Below are positions 27,962 through 38,900 of a stretch of DNA of 64,000 nucleotides, piece after piece. The stretch covers positions 135,214 through 199,213 of the forward strand of contig CAWDXT010000027.1 of the NCBI GenBank assembly GCA_963806265.1, in the 5' to 3' direction. A program made the translations under genes and the position numbers. How positions within the stretch are numbered: the first letter of the stretch is position 1; every line of letters starts with the position of its first letter. The notes beneath the pieces were generated by a model. The model did no database searches. It was not told the DNA's origin and was given only the letters and a program-made list of their open reading frames with translations. The stretch comes from an uncultured Chloroflexia bacterium. GTDB taxonomy: Bacteria; Chloroflexota; Limnocylindria; Limnocylindrales; CSP1-4.

Positions 27962-28824
27962 CCGTGCCCGACCTCTCGCAGCTGTCCGACGTCAGCGGCT
28001 GGCTCAGCACCAACGGCCTCCTGCTGGCGATCGGCGCCATCGTCCTGCTCATCGTCTACCGCCTGGCACGACCGAGGATCCACCGCCTGCTGGTCCACGC
28101 GATGGCTCGCCAGGAGGGCCTTCTCGGCGGCGACCCCGCACGCACCGACGAGGTGGAGCGCCGCGCGGCCACGGTCGAGGACCTGCTGGCGAAGCTGCTG
28201 CGGATCGCGGTGATCGGAACCCTGCTGGTGCTCGTGCTGGGATTGTTCGACCTGTGGTCGGTGCTCGCGGGCCTCGGGCTCGTTCTCGCGGCCATCACGC
28301 TCGCCGGCCAGGACATCGTGCTCGACTACCTGATGGGCCTGCTGATCCTGCTCGAGGGCCAGTACTTCAAGGGCGACATCGTGACCATCAACGGCATCAG
28401 CGGCACGGTCGAGGAGGTCGGTCTCCGGCGGACGGTGCTGCGGGACTATGGCGGGATCGTCCACTCGATCTCCAACGGCACCATCCGGACGTCGTCCAAC
28501 ATGACGCGCACCTACGCAGTCGCGATCGTGCTCGTCGAGGGGATCGCCGATCAGGACATCGAGGCGGCCATCGAAGCGCTGGAGAAGGTCGCGCGGGACA
28601 TGGCCGGCGACGAGGTCCTCGCGAGCTCGTTCATCGAACCCCCGGCGTACACGGGGACGACCAGCCTCAGCGCCCTCGGGGCGACGTTGCGACTGTCCGC
28701 CCGGGTGCAGCCCGACGCTCGCTTCCGGACCGAGCTCGAGATGCGGCGGCGGGTCGCAGCGGGGTTGGCAGCCGCCGGGATCCAGCCGATCCGACCGGTG
28801 CGCACTCCCGACGTCGGCCCCTAG
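27958..28824 (+). CDS. Small-conductance mechanosensitive channel (MscS family).
   Basis: Three TM helices, then LLILLEGQYFKGDIVTINGISGTVEEVGLRRTVLRDYGGIVHSISNGTI (MscS beta-domain signature). The start is TTG 27958 or GTG 27964. Confidence 0.8.
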   Translation: MTVPDLSQLSDVSGWLSTNGLLLAIGAIVLLIVYRLARPRIHRLLVHAMARQEGLLGGDPARTDEVERRAATVEDLLAKLLRIAVIGTLLVLVLGLFDLWSVLAGLGLVLAAITLAGQDIVLDYLMGLLILLEGQYFKGDIVTINGISGTVEEVGLRRTVLRDYGGIVHSISNGTIRTSSNMTRTYAVAIVLVEGIADQDIEAAIEALEKVARDMAGDEVLASSFIEPPAYTGTTSLSALGATLRLSARVQPDARFRTELEMRRRVAAGLAAAGIQPIRPVRTPDVGP

Positions 28825-28845
28825 ACCGGCCGATCGGGCGCGCCG

Positions 28846-30123
28846 TCACGCCTGCAGGCTGATCGTCCCCGCCTGCTTGTCGATCACGATCGGCAGCTGG
28901 GTCAGCGGTCGTCGAGTCGGTCCGCCCAGCACCGCACCATGGTTCGCGGGGTCGAAGGCTGCGCCGTGGCAGGGACACAGCAGGACCTGGTCTCGCGCGT
29001 CCCAGCCGACGGGGCAGCCCTGGTGGGTACAGGTCGCGTCGTAGGCCACGTACTTGCCGCTGTTGAGCCTGATGATGATCGCGGGATCCCCGCCGATGTA
29101 GGGCGACGGGGCGTCGAACGGGATCGCGACCTCGGTCGCACCCCGTCGATCCACGGCCTGCGTCGTGGTCAGCTTCACGCCGGCGGCGGTGCCGGAGCCG
29201 CCCCCGGACACGGGGGCCGCCGACGCTCCGGCGTCGGGCGCGCTCGACGGCGCCGCGGAACCGGCACCACCTGCCGTGCCGTCGCTGCCACCGGCGACCG
29301 TGCCGTTGCCATTGTCGGCCGGCCCGACGGCACCGACGGCACCCGCGTCGCCCAGACCCAGGGCGGTCGTCGGCGGCGAGCTCGGCCGCAGGAATCGGAG
29401 CGGGACGGCGAGCGAGGACAGCGCGATGGCGAAGGCGCCCAGCGCCCCCGCCTGGAGCATCGTTCGTCGCATCGGCGAGGCCTCGACCTCGACGCCGCGC
29501 CGGCTCCAGCCGTCGTAGCGCACGTTCAGCCAGTCCTCGTTGACCCACGCGCCCAGCTCGCGAACGGACCGGTGCACCAGCAACCCGGCGTCGCCGGCCA
29601 GCGCGAGCGTTATCCAGCCGAAGGCGTATGGAAGATCCGGCCCGTAGTAGTAGGGCGTGGTCGACCACGAGGCAGTGAGCCAGAACATCAGCGACAGCAC
29701 GGCTCCGCCGATGGCAGACAGGCGGAACGCCAGCCCGGTCAGCGCCCCGAGACCGATCGCGATCTCGGCCAGTGCGATGAGCAGCCCGATCTCGAACGCG
29801 AACGGCTCCATCGCCCTGACCAGCGGCGACAGCGGCGAGATGCGGACGAAGTCGGCCATCTGGCCGTAGATGGAGGCCGGGTTCGCGGAATCGAAGAAGG
29901 TCGGGTCGATGAGCTTGTCGAAGCCCGCATAGACGAACGTGATCCCGAAGAAGAACCGGAGCGGGAGCAGCGCGAGCGCAGGCACCGTCGCCTGCTCGAG
30001 CTGCTCCCGGAGCGACGGTCCGGGCTCGTCGCTCACAGGTGATCCGCCTGACCAGGCTGGCTGTCCCCCGCTGCCGGATGGACGGTACTGGGTGCGCCGC
30101 GACCCTCGTTGTCGACGGCTCAT
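28846..30123 (-). CDS. DoxX/DoxD-like membrane domain fused to a C-terminal Rieske (2Fe-2S) domain.
   Basis: N-terminal part: LLPLRFFFGITFVYAGFDKL plus 4 TM helices. An internal Tat-like RRTMLQAGALGAFAIA follows, then a Gly/Ala/Ser linker. C-terminal part: CTHQGCPV...CPCHGAAFD. Confidence 0.75.
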   Translation of the reverse strand: MSRRQRGSRRTQYRPSGSGGQPAWSGGSPVSDEPGPSLREQLEQATVPALALLPLRFFFGITFVYAGFDKLIDPTFFDSANPASIYGQMADFVRISPLSPLVRAMEPFAFEIGLLIALAEIAIGLGALTGLAFRLSAIGGAVLSLMFWLTASWSTTPYYYGPDLPYAFGWITLALAGDAGLLVHRSVRELGAWVNEDWLNVRYDGWSRRGVEVEASPMRRTMLQAGALGAFAIALSSLAVPLRFLRPSSPPTTALGLGDAGAVGAVGPADNGNGTVAGGSDGTAGGAGSAAPSSAPDAGASAAPVSGGGSGTAAGVKLTTTQAVDRRGATEVAIPFDAPSPYIGGDPAIIIRLNSGKYVAYDATCTHQGCPVGWDARDQVLLCPCHGAAFDPANHGAVLGGPTRRPLTQLPIVIDKQAGTISLQA

Positions 30124-30291
30124 TGCAGGCGGAGCTCGATGCGCGTCACGCGTGGACCTCAGATGAAACGGGGGCGCCTACCGGACTGGGCGCCCCCGTG
30201 ATGCAACCGTAGGTCGGGACCACACGACACAGATGTGTCCTCGATGAGGAAACTCACATCTGGGCGGCACGTTTGCGGTGGCCGGCAGGCG

Positions 30292-31560
30292 TCAGGCCGG
30301 CGGGAGGTGCAGGCCCTGGACCCGCCGCCACGCCCGGTCGATCTGCGTCTCCTTGAGGCGGCCATCGTCCACCGCCGCGGCGACCGCGTCGACGACGCGG
30401 CCGATGATCGCCTCGTCGTACGTCTGCTGGTTCGCGATCAGGAGCAGATCGTTGCCGGCGTCCAGCGCGAGGACCGCCGCCTCCTCGGTGCCGTACGCGG
30501 CCGAGATCGCCTTCGCCTGCAGGTCGTCGGTGATCACGGCACCGTCCCAGCCAAGCTGGTCGCGAAGCAGGCCGGTCACGACCGCATGCGAAAGCGAGGT
30601 CGGTCGATCCGCGGCAAGCCGCTGATCGATGACGTGGGCAGCCATGACGACGTCGGCGAGTCCTGCGGCGATCAGCCGCCGGAATGGCTCGAGCTCAACC
30701 CGGCTCCAGGTTGCCGACACGTCCACCGTGCCGTCATCGGTGTTGCCGGTCGCGCTGCCGATGCCCGGGAAGTGCTTGAGCGTCGTGCGAACCCGAGCGG
30801 CGCGATGTGCCCGGCACTCGATCGAGGCCATCCGGACGACCACGTCCGGGTCTGCCGAGAACGAGCGCCCCAGCGCGCCGATGGCAGGGTTCTGCGGGTT
30901 CAGGTCGAGGTCGACGACGGGCGCCAGGTTGAGGTTGATCCCGGCGTCCGCGAGCGTGCCGGCGATCGTCCGTGCCCAGCGACGAGCGCGGGCCGAGGTG
31001 CCCTGCCCGATCTCGGCCTCCGAGGCCACGGCCGGAAACCCGTAGCGCGGCGAGAGCCGGGTGACGAGCCCGCCTTCCTGGTCGACCGCGATCAGGATGT
31101 CGCGACCCGCGGCCGACCGCAGCTCGGCACACAGTCGCGCGACCTGTGACGGCGACGTGACGTTCCGCACGCCGCCCGACGCCTGGTCCCGATCGAACAG
31201 GATCACCCCGCCCAGGCCGCGTCGGGCCAGGGCCTCGGCCACCCACGGCGCATCGGACAGCCGCCGACCCTGGAACCCGACCACGATCAGCCCCCCGATC
31301 TTGTGCCGGAGCGACGGCGCCGGGCTCGGTGACGGGGAGAACTCGGACGGCGGCGGCAGGCTGGGGGTGGTGACAGGAGTGGCGCTCGACGTACCCGACG
31401 GGCTCGGCGAAGCGGACGGTCGAGCCGGCGTTTGCTGGCCCGACGGTGCGGCCGACCCGGGCTCGGGTATCACGCCGCACGCCGCCAGCAACCAGGCGAC
31501 GGTCGCCGCCGCCATGCCCGACAGGACCTGCCGGCGAGAGAGACGCGGGGACGGGCTCAC
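30292..31560 (-). CDS. Glycoside hydrolase family 3 N-terminal-domain lipoprotein (NagZ-like beta-N-acetylhexosaminidase).
   Basis: Tat/lipobox-like N-terminus SRRQVLSGMAAATVAWLLAAC, GGVILFDRD, AVDQEGG, KHFPGIGSATGNTDDG. Confidence 0.8.
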   Translation of the reverse strand: MSPSPRLSRRQVLSGMAAATVAWLLAACGVIPEPGSAAPSGQQTPARPSASPSPSGTSSATPVTTPSLPPPSEFSPSPSPAPSLRHKIGGLIVVGFQGRRLSDAPWVAEALARRGLGGVILFDRDQASGGVRNVTSPSQVARLCAELRSAAGRDILIAVDQEGGLVTRLSPRYGFPAVASEAEIGQGTSARARRWARTIAGTLADAGINLNLAPVVDLDLNPQNPAIGALGRSFSADPDVVVRMASIECRAHRAARVRTTLKHFPGIGSATGNTDDGTVDVSATWSRVELEPFRRLIAAGLADVVMAAHVIDQRLAADRPTSLSHAVVTGLLRDQLGWDGAVITDDLQAKAISAAYGTEEAAVLALDAGNDLLLIANQQTYDEAIIGRVVDAVAAAVDDGRLKETQIDRAWRRVQGLHLPPA

Positions 31561-31617
31561 GGCGGGATTGTGCGGCCACCGGGTCCTTCGCGTCGCGGAC
31601 GAGCTGGGTGGGCAGCC

Positions 31618-32221
31618 TCAGTGGCTGCCGAGCCGCCACGAGATCGAGCCCGTATAGCAGTGCCCGAGGGCGGTGCACAGGCCGCGCGTCATGTCCCAGG
31701 TTCGACCCGCGACATACGGCCCTCGATCCACGACGGGCGCCGTGACCTGCCGCCCGTTGGCCGGGTTGCGGAAGGTGACCAGGGTGCCGCAGGGCAGCGT
31801 TCGATGGGCCACGCCGATCAGCGTCCTGGTGAAGCAGCTGCCCACACGCCGTGTGATGGCCGATGAACCCCGGGCCATACCAGCTGATGTTCGGATCGAA
31901 GTGCCACACGTTCTTGTGAACAACGCCTGCATTCGGCGCCGGCTGCACCACCCTGGGCCGCGTGGGCACCGAGCTGCCCTGTCCGCGTTCCTCGAACGTC
32001 GAATCACGCCCGAGCCGGTTGGCCGAGCGCTGCGCTGGGTCGAGTTGTGGAATCGTCGTCGCCGGCGAACCGGCGGGCAGAGACAGCGACACTGCGCGCA
32101 TGGACGCAGGATCGATGGTCCGGGCGGAGCTCGGGGCACTCGAGCCCGCGGGTTCTGGTACGGCGACCAGGGCGCTCGCGGCCATGAGTGCCGCGATCGC
32201 GACGATGAACCTGGTTCGCAC
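31618..32221 (-). pseudogene. RlpA-like double-psi beta-barrel (DPBB) secreted protein with one frame break near 31830.
   Basis: Signal peptide MRTRFIVAIAALMAASALVA...ISWYGPGFIGHHTACGQLL is in the 32221 frame. It continues as TRTLIGVAHRTLPCGTLVTFRNPANGRQVTAPVVDRGPYVAGR in the 31618..32139 frame. Confidence 0.75.
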
Positions 32222-32455
32222 GATGCCCGGACAGGCTACCCGAGGCTGTCAAATCGCGCACGCGATCGATCAAGGCCGTTGTGCGCGCTGGCTCCTATGC
32301 GTGCGATTCCAGCTCGAGCACGGCGTCCAGGGCAAGTCGGAGCAGCAGGTCGCGACCGGAGATGTGACGCTGCCAACCCCGATGCTCCCACGCGTCTCCC
32401 GACAGATCGTCACCCGCACGAGCCTGCCGCGGTGGGATCGACGTACGCTACGCCG

Positions 32456-33403
32456 ATGACGGCCGTCGAGCGCATCGTCGCCCCAGACGCGGAGCGGTCG
32501 CTCCCCATCGACGTGCCGCTCGACCTGCGCCGCACGCTCGGCATCCATCGACGGGGACGCGGGGATCCCGCGCTCCGGATCGAGGCGTCAGGGTCGACCT
32601 GGCGCGCGACCCGGACGCCGGACGGGCCAGCCACATTGCTGGTGGGGATGCATGGTGGCGCCGTTCGCGGGCGGGCGTGGGGACCCGGTGCGGGCTGGGT
32701 CCTGGAGCACCTGCCGGAGCTGGTCGGGCTCGACGATCGGCCGCAGGACCTGGTGCCGGTGCATCCCCCCGTCGCGGAGGCAGCGAGGCGGCTCGCGGGG
32801 ATGCGCCTCGGTCGAACGCTCGCGGTGCTCGAGGCGCTGGTACCCGCGATCCTCGAGCAGAAGGTCACGGGCGAGGAGGCCCGACGCGCGTACCGCGCCC
32901 TGCTGTGGACCTACGGCGAGCCGGCACCCGGCCCGCCGGGACTCCGGCTGCCACCGGCGGCGAGCACCCTGGCGGCGCTCCCGTACCACGCCTTCCACCC
33001 GCTTGGGCTCGAGCGCCGCCGGGCCGATCTCATTCGGGCCGTCGCGCGGGAGGCCCCACGCCTGGAGCGGCTCGCGGTCGCGGCCGGCGGACCCGACGGC
33101 AATCCCGGCGCCGCCTACGCGATGCTGCGGGCGTTCCCCGGGATCGGGCCATGGACGGCCGCCGAGGTGGGGATCCGCGCGTTCGGCGATCCGGACGCGG
33201 TGAGCGTCGGCGACTACCACCTGCCGAGCATGGTGACCTGGACGCTGGCCGGTGAGCGACGGGGAACCGACGAGCGCATGCTGGAGCTGCTCGAGCCGTA
33301 CCGTGGCCAGCGGGGCCGGGTCCTGCGGCTGCTCGAGCTGGCAGGCATGACGGCGCCGCGGCGTGGGCCACGGTTGGCCGCCCGCCGCATCGACCGCATC
33401 TGA
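32456..33403 (+). CDS. HhH-GPD superfamily DNA glycosylase (AlkA-like 3-methyladenine glycosylase II).
   Basis: LEALVPAILEQKVTGEEARRAYRAL...LRAFPGIGPWTAAEVGIRAFGDPDAVSVGDYHL (helix-hairpin-helix and catalytic Asp region). Confidence 0.75.
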   Translation: MTAVERIVAPDAERSLPIDVPLDLRRTLGIHRRGRGDPALRIEASGSTWRATRTPDGPATLLVGMHGGAVRGRAWGPGAGWVLEHLPELVGLDDRPQDLVPVHPPVAEAARRLAGMRLGRTLAVLEALVPAILEQKVTGEEARRAYRALLWTYGEPAPGPPGLRLPPAASTLAALPYHAFHPLGLERRRADLIRAVAREAPRLERLAVAAGGPDGNPGAAYAMLRAFPGIGPWTAAEVGIRAFGDPDAVSVGDYHLPSMVTWTLAGERRGTDERMLELLEPYRGQRGRVLRLLELAGMTAPRRGPRLAARRIDRI

Positions 33404-33440
33404 TCTCGCGAGCGAGACCGTGCCGGGGACCGCGCTCGCC

Positions 33441-34661
33441 TCAGCCCGCGGGTGGCGCCTCCTCGCGCATGCCCCACGGTGAGCCGTAGGCCCTGAGCAG
33501 GTCGAGGAACGGGACGGGATCGAACGCCTCGGGACCCAGCACCCCGGCACCCGACCAGGTTCCGGTGGCCAGCAGCTCGAAGGCGACGATCGGGTTGATC
33601 GCGGTCTGCCACACGACGGCCTGCGCACCGTACTCGGCCATGCAGGTCTCGTTGTCGACCACGTGGTACAGGTAGACGGCCCTCGGGGAACCATCCTTGC
33701 CCCTGCCCGTGACCCACGTGCCGGCGCACGTCTTGCCGTGCATCCGGTCGCCCAGGCCGGCGGGATCCGGCAGGCACGCCGCCACCACGTCGCGCGGCGA
33801 GACCTCGACCCCGCCGACCTTGACCTTCTCGGTGCGGTCGAGGCCCAGCAGGTGGAGCGTCCTGAGCACGCCGATGAACTCGTCGCCCAGGCCGTACTTG
33901 AACGTGACCCGTTTCGCGTTCACCCAGCGCGGCACGAGCAGGACCTCCTCGTGCTCGACGTTGACGCATTCGACCGGACCGATCCCGTCCGGGAACTCGA
34001 ACGTCTCGGCCTCGCTGAACGGCGGGGTCGTGTGCCAGTTGCCGTTCTCCCAGATCACCGGAGGGTTCAGGCACTCCTCGATCGTGGTCCAGATCGAGAA
34101 CGAAGGTGCGAAGTCGTAGCCATCGACGGTCAGGTTCGCCCCGTCGCGGATGCCAACCTCGTCGATCTCGCTGAACAGGTGGTCCTGCGCGTAGCGCGCG
34201 AACACATCCGACAGACCGGGCTCGACGCCCATGCCGACCAGCGCCAGCCGGCCGGCGGCCTCCCAGTCGGCGGCCTTCGCAAACTGCGCATCGCCCAGCT
34301 TCTCGCCGCTCAGCTCGTAGGGGCGATCCGGGTGTGGATGCGAGAGCGACATCGCCATGTCCATGTAGTCGACACCGGCCGCGAGGCTGGCGTCGAAGAT
34401 GGGCATCACGAAGCGCGGATCGACCGCGTTGAGCACATGCGTGATCCGATGCTCGCGGATCAGGGCGACCATCGCATCGACATCGGAGGCATCGACGCGG
34501 GCACCCGAGAACCGGGCGTCACCGGCGACCTGTGTCAGCGCGTGCTCGAGCCTCGCCGGGTCGTAGTCGGCGATCACGATGTGCTCGAAGAAGTCGCGTC
34601 GTGCGGCGATTCCAACCGCGGCGCTGCCCACCCCACCGGCGCCGATGATCAGGATGCGCAT
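33441..34661 (-). CDS. Saccharopine dehydrogenase family (NAD(P)-binding) protein.
   Basis: MRILIIGAGGVGSAAVGIAA Rossmann start. The length and the C-terminal Sacchrp_dh-like region fit the family. The ORF is intact at 406 aa. Confidence 0.75.
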   Translation of the reverse strand: MRILIIGAGGVGSAAVGIAARRDFFEHIVIADYDPARLEHALTQVAGDARFSGARVDASDVDAMVALIREHRITHVLNAVDPRFVMPIFDASLAAGVDYMDMAMSLSHPHPDRPYELSGEKLGDAQFAKAADWEAAGRLALVGMGVEPGLSDVFARYAQDHLFSEIDEVGIRDGANLTVDGYDFAPSFSIWTTIEECLNPPVIWENGNWHTTPPFSEAETFEFPDGIGPVECVNVEHEEVLLVPRWVNAKRVTFKYGLGDEFIGVLRTLHLLGLDRTEKVKVGGVEVSPRDVVAACLPDPAGLGDRMHGKTCAGTWVTGRGKDGSPRAVYLYHVVDNETCMAEYGAQAVVWQTAINPIVAFELLATGTWSGAGVLGPEAFDPVPFLDLLRAYGSPWGMREEAPPAG

Positions 34662-35029
34662 CTGGTCACCTCAGTTCGTGCTGCCTTGACGCCGGCCCCG
34701 GACTGCGGGCGGGATGCGGCCGGCTGGATGCCTGGCTCCATGATGTCAGGGCGATCACCTTCCGGTGGTGTCCGTTCCGGGTGCCGGCGCCAGGGTCGAC
34801 GCCTCCGGCTCGAGACCCCTGCCGTCGGACCCCTGATCGCCGCCCGGCGCCCGCGCGACGGCAGCCATCGGCCAGCTCTCCGCAATCGGGTACGCGCCGC
34901 GATGGGACAGCCGGCGCCTGTCGCTCAAAAGGGCCGTCATGCCGGCGTCCGGCGTCCGGCGTCGGGACGGCATGCATCGAGGGGCGCCGTGGTTGATTCG
35001 GCAACGTACGCTGGGACCCAGGCAACCTG

Positions 35030-35845
35030 ATGCAAACCGGCCTGCGAACCGTCACGATCCTCCTGACCGTCTCGCTCCTGCTGGCCTGCGCGCCCGTGGC
35101 CGGAGCAAGTCCGATGCCCGCGTGGTCTTCGGGAATGTCGCGGCCCGTTTCCGCGGCGCCGCGGCCGTCCGGCCCGTTCCGTCTCGACCTCGCCCGGCCG
35201 AGCGACTTCGTCGCGCAGACGAGCTTCGTGCGCTGCGTTGGCGCGAGCGTGCAGATGATGCTCAACATCGAGCGACCCGGCACCGACCGCTCCTCACGCA
35301 CCCAGGGCCGGCTGCAGAGGCTGGCTCGGTCGCTCAGCGGGCCGGCGCCGGCCGGCTTCGTGCGCCACGGAGCCAGCATCCGCGGCTGGACCGCCGCGCT
35401 CAACATCGAGAGCAGCGAGCCATACCGCATGGTGGGCGCCGACAGCCTGCAGGAGGCGATGCAGCTCGCGGCCAGGGCGATCCGAACATGGAACCGTCCG
35501 GTCGGCCTGCTCGTGTGGCGAGGCCGCCATGCCTGGGTGATGAGCGGCTTCGTGGCAACGGCGGATCCGGCGCTGACCGATGACTTCCGGGTGACTCGCG
35601 CCTACATCCTCGACCCGCTCTATCCACACGGCTCGTCGGTCTGGGGTGCCAGCCCGCAGCCGGGGACGGCAATCCCGGTCTCGAGAGTCGGCGCGCAGTT
35701 CGTGCGCCGGGATACGTCGAGCATCTGGAGCGGACTGCCGCTGATGGGCGCGCTGGCCGGCCGGTACGCGCTGGTCGTGCCCGTCGCGCCAGGGCCGCCC
35801 GTCGCATGGCTGGATCACATGGCGCTGGCCACGATCGACCTGTAG
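35030..35845 (+). CDS. Secreted or lipoprotein hypothetical, possibly with a papain/C39-like cysteine peptidase fold.
   Basis: Signal/lipobox ILLTVSLLLACAP. Candidate Cys context FVRCVGASVQMML and His context WRGRHAWVMSG. I recognise no confident family. Confidence 0.5.
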   Translation: MQTGLRTVTILLTVSLLLACAPVAGASPMPAWSSGMSRPVSAAPRPSGPFRLDLARPSDFVAQTSFVRCVGASVQMMLNIERPGTDRSSRTQGRLQRLARSLSGPAPAGFVRHGASIRGWTAALNIESSEPYRMVGADSLQEAMQLAARAIRTWNRPVGLLVWRGRHAWVMSGFVATADPALTDDFRVTRAYILDPLYPHGSSVWGASPQPGTAIPVSRVGAQFVRRDTSSIWSGLPLMGALAGRYALVVPVAPGPPVAWLDHMALATIDL

Positions 35846-35866
35846 CCGTCCCGCATGCGGCGCCGG

Positions 35867-35915
35867 GATCGCCGGCAGATCGGCGGATCGCCGGCAGATC
35901 GGCGGGATCGCCGGC
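35867..35915. repeat. Direct repeat (GATCGCCGGCAGATCGGCG, two copies plus a partial copy) in the 100-bp spacer upstream of metH.
   Basis: Read directly: gatcgccggcagatcggcg gatcgccggcagatcggcgg gatcgccggcgg. Confidence 0.7.
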
Positions 35916-35945
35916 GGCCGCCCGAGCGGTAGCATCTAGCGCACC

Positions 35946-38900
35946 ATGGTGGCCGCCGCCGCTCACCCCCCGCTGACCCGCGCCGCGCGCATCGACGCGC
36001 TGCCCGCGCTGCTGACTCAGCGCATCCTCGTCCTGGACGGGGCGATGGGCACGATGCTCCAGCAGCACCGGTTCTCCGAGGCCGACTTCCGCGGCGCCCG
36101 ATTCGCCGACCACGCGCGGGACCTGGTGGGCGACAACGACCTCCTGTGCCTGACCCAGCCCGACGCCGTGCGGGCGGTCCACGCCGCCTATCTGGCGGCA
36201 GGTGCCGACATGGTCACGACGAACTCGTTCACGGCAACCCGGATCGCCCAGGCCGACTACGGCCTGTCCGACGTCGCGGGCGAGCTCAACGAGGCGGCGG
36301 CAACCCTGGCCAGGGCGGCGGCCGACGACGCCGAGATGCGCGACGGTCGACCACGCTACGTGGCGGGTTCCCTGGGACCGACCAATCGCACCGCCTCGAT
36401 CTCTCCCGACGTCAACGATCCCGCTGCCCGCAACGTCACGTTCGAGGACCTGGCTGCTGCCTACCGCGAGTCGGCCATGGGGCTGATCGCCGGTGGCGCC
36501 GATCTGCTGCTGGTCGAGACCGTGTTCGACACGCTCAACGCCAAGGCGGCGATCTTCGCCGTCGAGGGCGCGTTCGAGACGCTCGGCCTCCGGCTGCCGG
36601 TCGTGATCAGCGGCACGATCGTGGATGCCTCGGGCCGGACGCTGTCGGGGCAAACCCTGGAGGCGTTCTGGACCAGCATCAGGCACGCCGATCCGATGCT
36701 CGTTGGACTCAACTGCGCGCTCGGCGCGAGGCAGCTGCGCGAGCACGTCGAGGAGCTGGGCCGGATCGCGGACGTGCCGGTCGCGGCGTACCCGAACGCC
36801 GGCCTGCCCAATGAGCTCGGTGGTTACGACGAGACGCCGGATCAGACCGCGACGGCGCTGGGCGAATGGGCGCGTGCCGGGCTGGTCAACGTCGCCGGCT
36901 CGTGCTGCGGCAGCACGCCGGAGCACACCGCGGCGATCGCAGCCGCGGTGGCGGGTGTGCCGCCCCGCGTCGTACCCGAGGTGCCGGCGAAGACCCATCT
37001 CTCGGGCCTCGAGCCGCTCGCGATCCCGATGCCCGGCAACGCGTTCGTCAACATCGGGGAGCGGACCAACGTCACCGGATCGCGCAAGTTCGCGCGGCTG
37101 ATGACGACCGCCCTGGGCGGTGACGCCGATGCCGCTGCAGCCGAGGACGAAGCGGTTGCGATCGCACGCGAGCAGGTGGCGAACGGCGCGGTGATCATCG
37201 ACGTCAACCTCGACGAGGCGATGCTGGACGGGGTCGCCGCGATGACCCGCTTCCTGCGCCGGCTGGGCAGCGAGCCCGACGTCGCCAGGGTGCCGGTCAT
37301 GATCGACAGCTCGCGCTGGCCGGTGATCGAGGCCGGGCTTCAACAGCTTCAGGGTCGCGGCGTGGTCAACTCGATCTCGCTCAAGGAGGGCGAGGACGAG
37401 TTCCTGCGCCAGGCTCGCCTGTGCCGCCGATACGGGGCCGCCGCGGTCGTCATGGCGTTCGACGAAAAGGGCCAGGCCGACTCCGTGGAGCACCGGGTCG
37501 CCGTGCTCACCCGCGCCCACCGGCTGCTGACCGAGCAGGCCGGGTTCACGCCCGAGGACATCATCCTCGACCCCAACATCTTCGCCATCGCAACCGGCAT
37601 CGAGGAGCACGCGGGCTACGCCGTCGACTACTTCGAGGCCACGCGGCGGCTCAAGGCCACGCTTCCCGGTGCCCGCATCAGCGGCGGCGTCTCGAACGTG
37701 TCGTTCGCGTTCCGCGGCAACAACCCGGTGCGGGAGGCGATCCACGCCGTGTTCCTGTACCACGCGATCGCAGCCGGCCTGGACATGGCGATCGTCAACG
37801 CCGGCGTGATCCCCCAGTACGACGACATCGAGGAGGACCTCCGCGCGCGAGTGGAGGACGTCGTGCTCAATCGACGTCCCGACGCGACGGACCGCCTGCT
37901 GGAGATCGCGCCCCGGTACGCGGGTGGTGTCGCGATGAGCCGTGCCGAGGACGACCTCGGATGGCGCGAGCTGCCCGTCAACGAGCGCCTCACGCATGCG
38001 CTGGTCGAGGGGATCGACGCCTGGATCGAGGAGGACACCGAGCTCGCACGCTTCCAGGCGACCCGTCCGCTGGACGTCATCGAGGGACCGCTGATGGCGG
38101 GCATGAACGTCGTCGGTGACCGGTTCGGCGCCGGCAGGATGTTCCTGCCCCAGGTCGTCAAGTCGGCCCGCGTGATGAAGAAGGCCGTCGCCTACCTCAC
38201 GCCCTACCTGGAGGAGGAGCGGTCGGGCACGGGACGACGAGCCGGCACGATCGTGATGGCCACGGTCAAGGGCGACGTGCATGACATCGGCAAGAACATC
38301 GTGGGCGTCGTGCTGGGCTGCAACGACTACGAGGTGATCGACCTCGGTGTCATGGTGCCCGCGGCACGGATCCTCGAGACGGCGCGCGAGGTGAACGCCG
38401 ACCTGATCGGGCTGTCGGGCCTCATCACGCCCTCGCTCGACGAGATGGTCCACGTCGCCGGGCTGATGGAGCGCGAGGGCATGACCACGCCGCTGCTGAT
38501 CGGAGGTGCGACGACGTCCCGGGCGCACACCGCGGTCCGGATCGAGCCCGCCTACTCCTCGCCGGTGGTGCACGTGACCGACGCGTCGCGTGCGGTCGGC
38601 GTGGCCGGCGCGCTGGTCGACGCGACGGCTCGTGACGCGTTCGCCTCGAGGGTGCGCGACGAGTACGCGGCGATCCGCGACGAGCGTGCCGGGCGCAACC
38701 AACGGGAGGAGCGGCTCTCGATCGCGGACGCCCGGGCCAACCGGCTTCGCCTGACGTGGCCGCGCGGAACCGCCCCGTCCCAGCTTCCTGGGTGTCCGGA
38801 CCTTCGACCGCTACCCGCTCGCAGAGCTCGTTGCCCGCATCGACTGGACGCCGTTCCTCGCCACCTGGGAGCTGCGGGGCCGCTACCCCGCGGTCCTCGA

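Noticed and set aside
30734-31617. The C-terminal two thirds of the 495-aa ORF 30734..32221.
   Set aside because: Only the first 130 or so residues (signal peptide and start of the RlpA DPBB domain) are real. The remainder overlaps nagZ in another frame. The RlpA text continues in ORF 31618..32139 after a frameshift.
35846-35945. A cobalamin or SAM riboswitch upstream of metH.
   Set aside because: The spacer is only about 100 bp and shows a simple direct repeat. I did not see the conserved B12-box or SAM-riboswitch helices. I cannot run a covariance-model search here, so this is a provisional rejection.
35400-38702. A 1100-aa ORF on the minus strand.
   Set aside because: It lies antisense to metH, whose product is unmistakable. 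The translation is Arg/Gly/Ala/Pro-rich with no motifs. It is the typical shadow ORF of GC-rich DNA. The same reasoning applies to 15..1847(-), 6814..8154(-), 53113..55395(+), 58890..60605(+), 45216..46559(-) and similar track entries.
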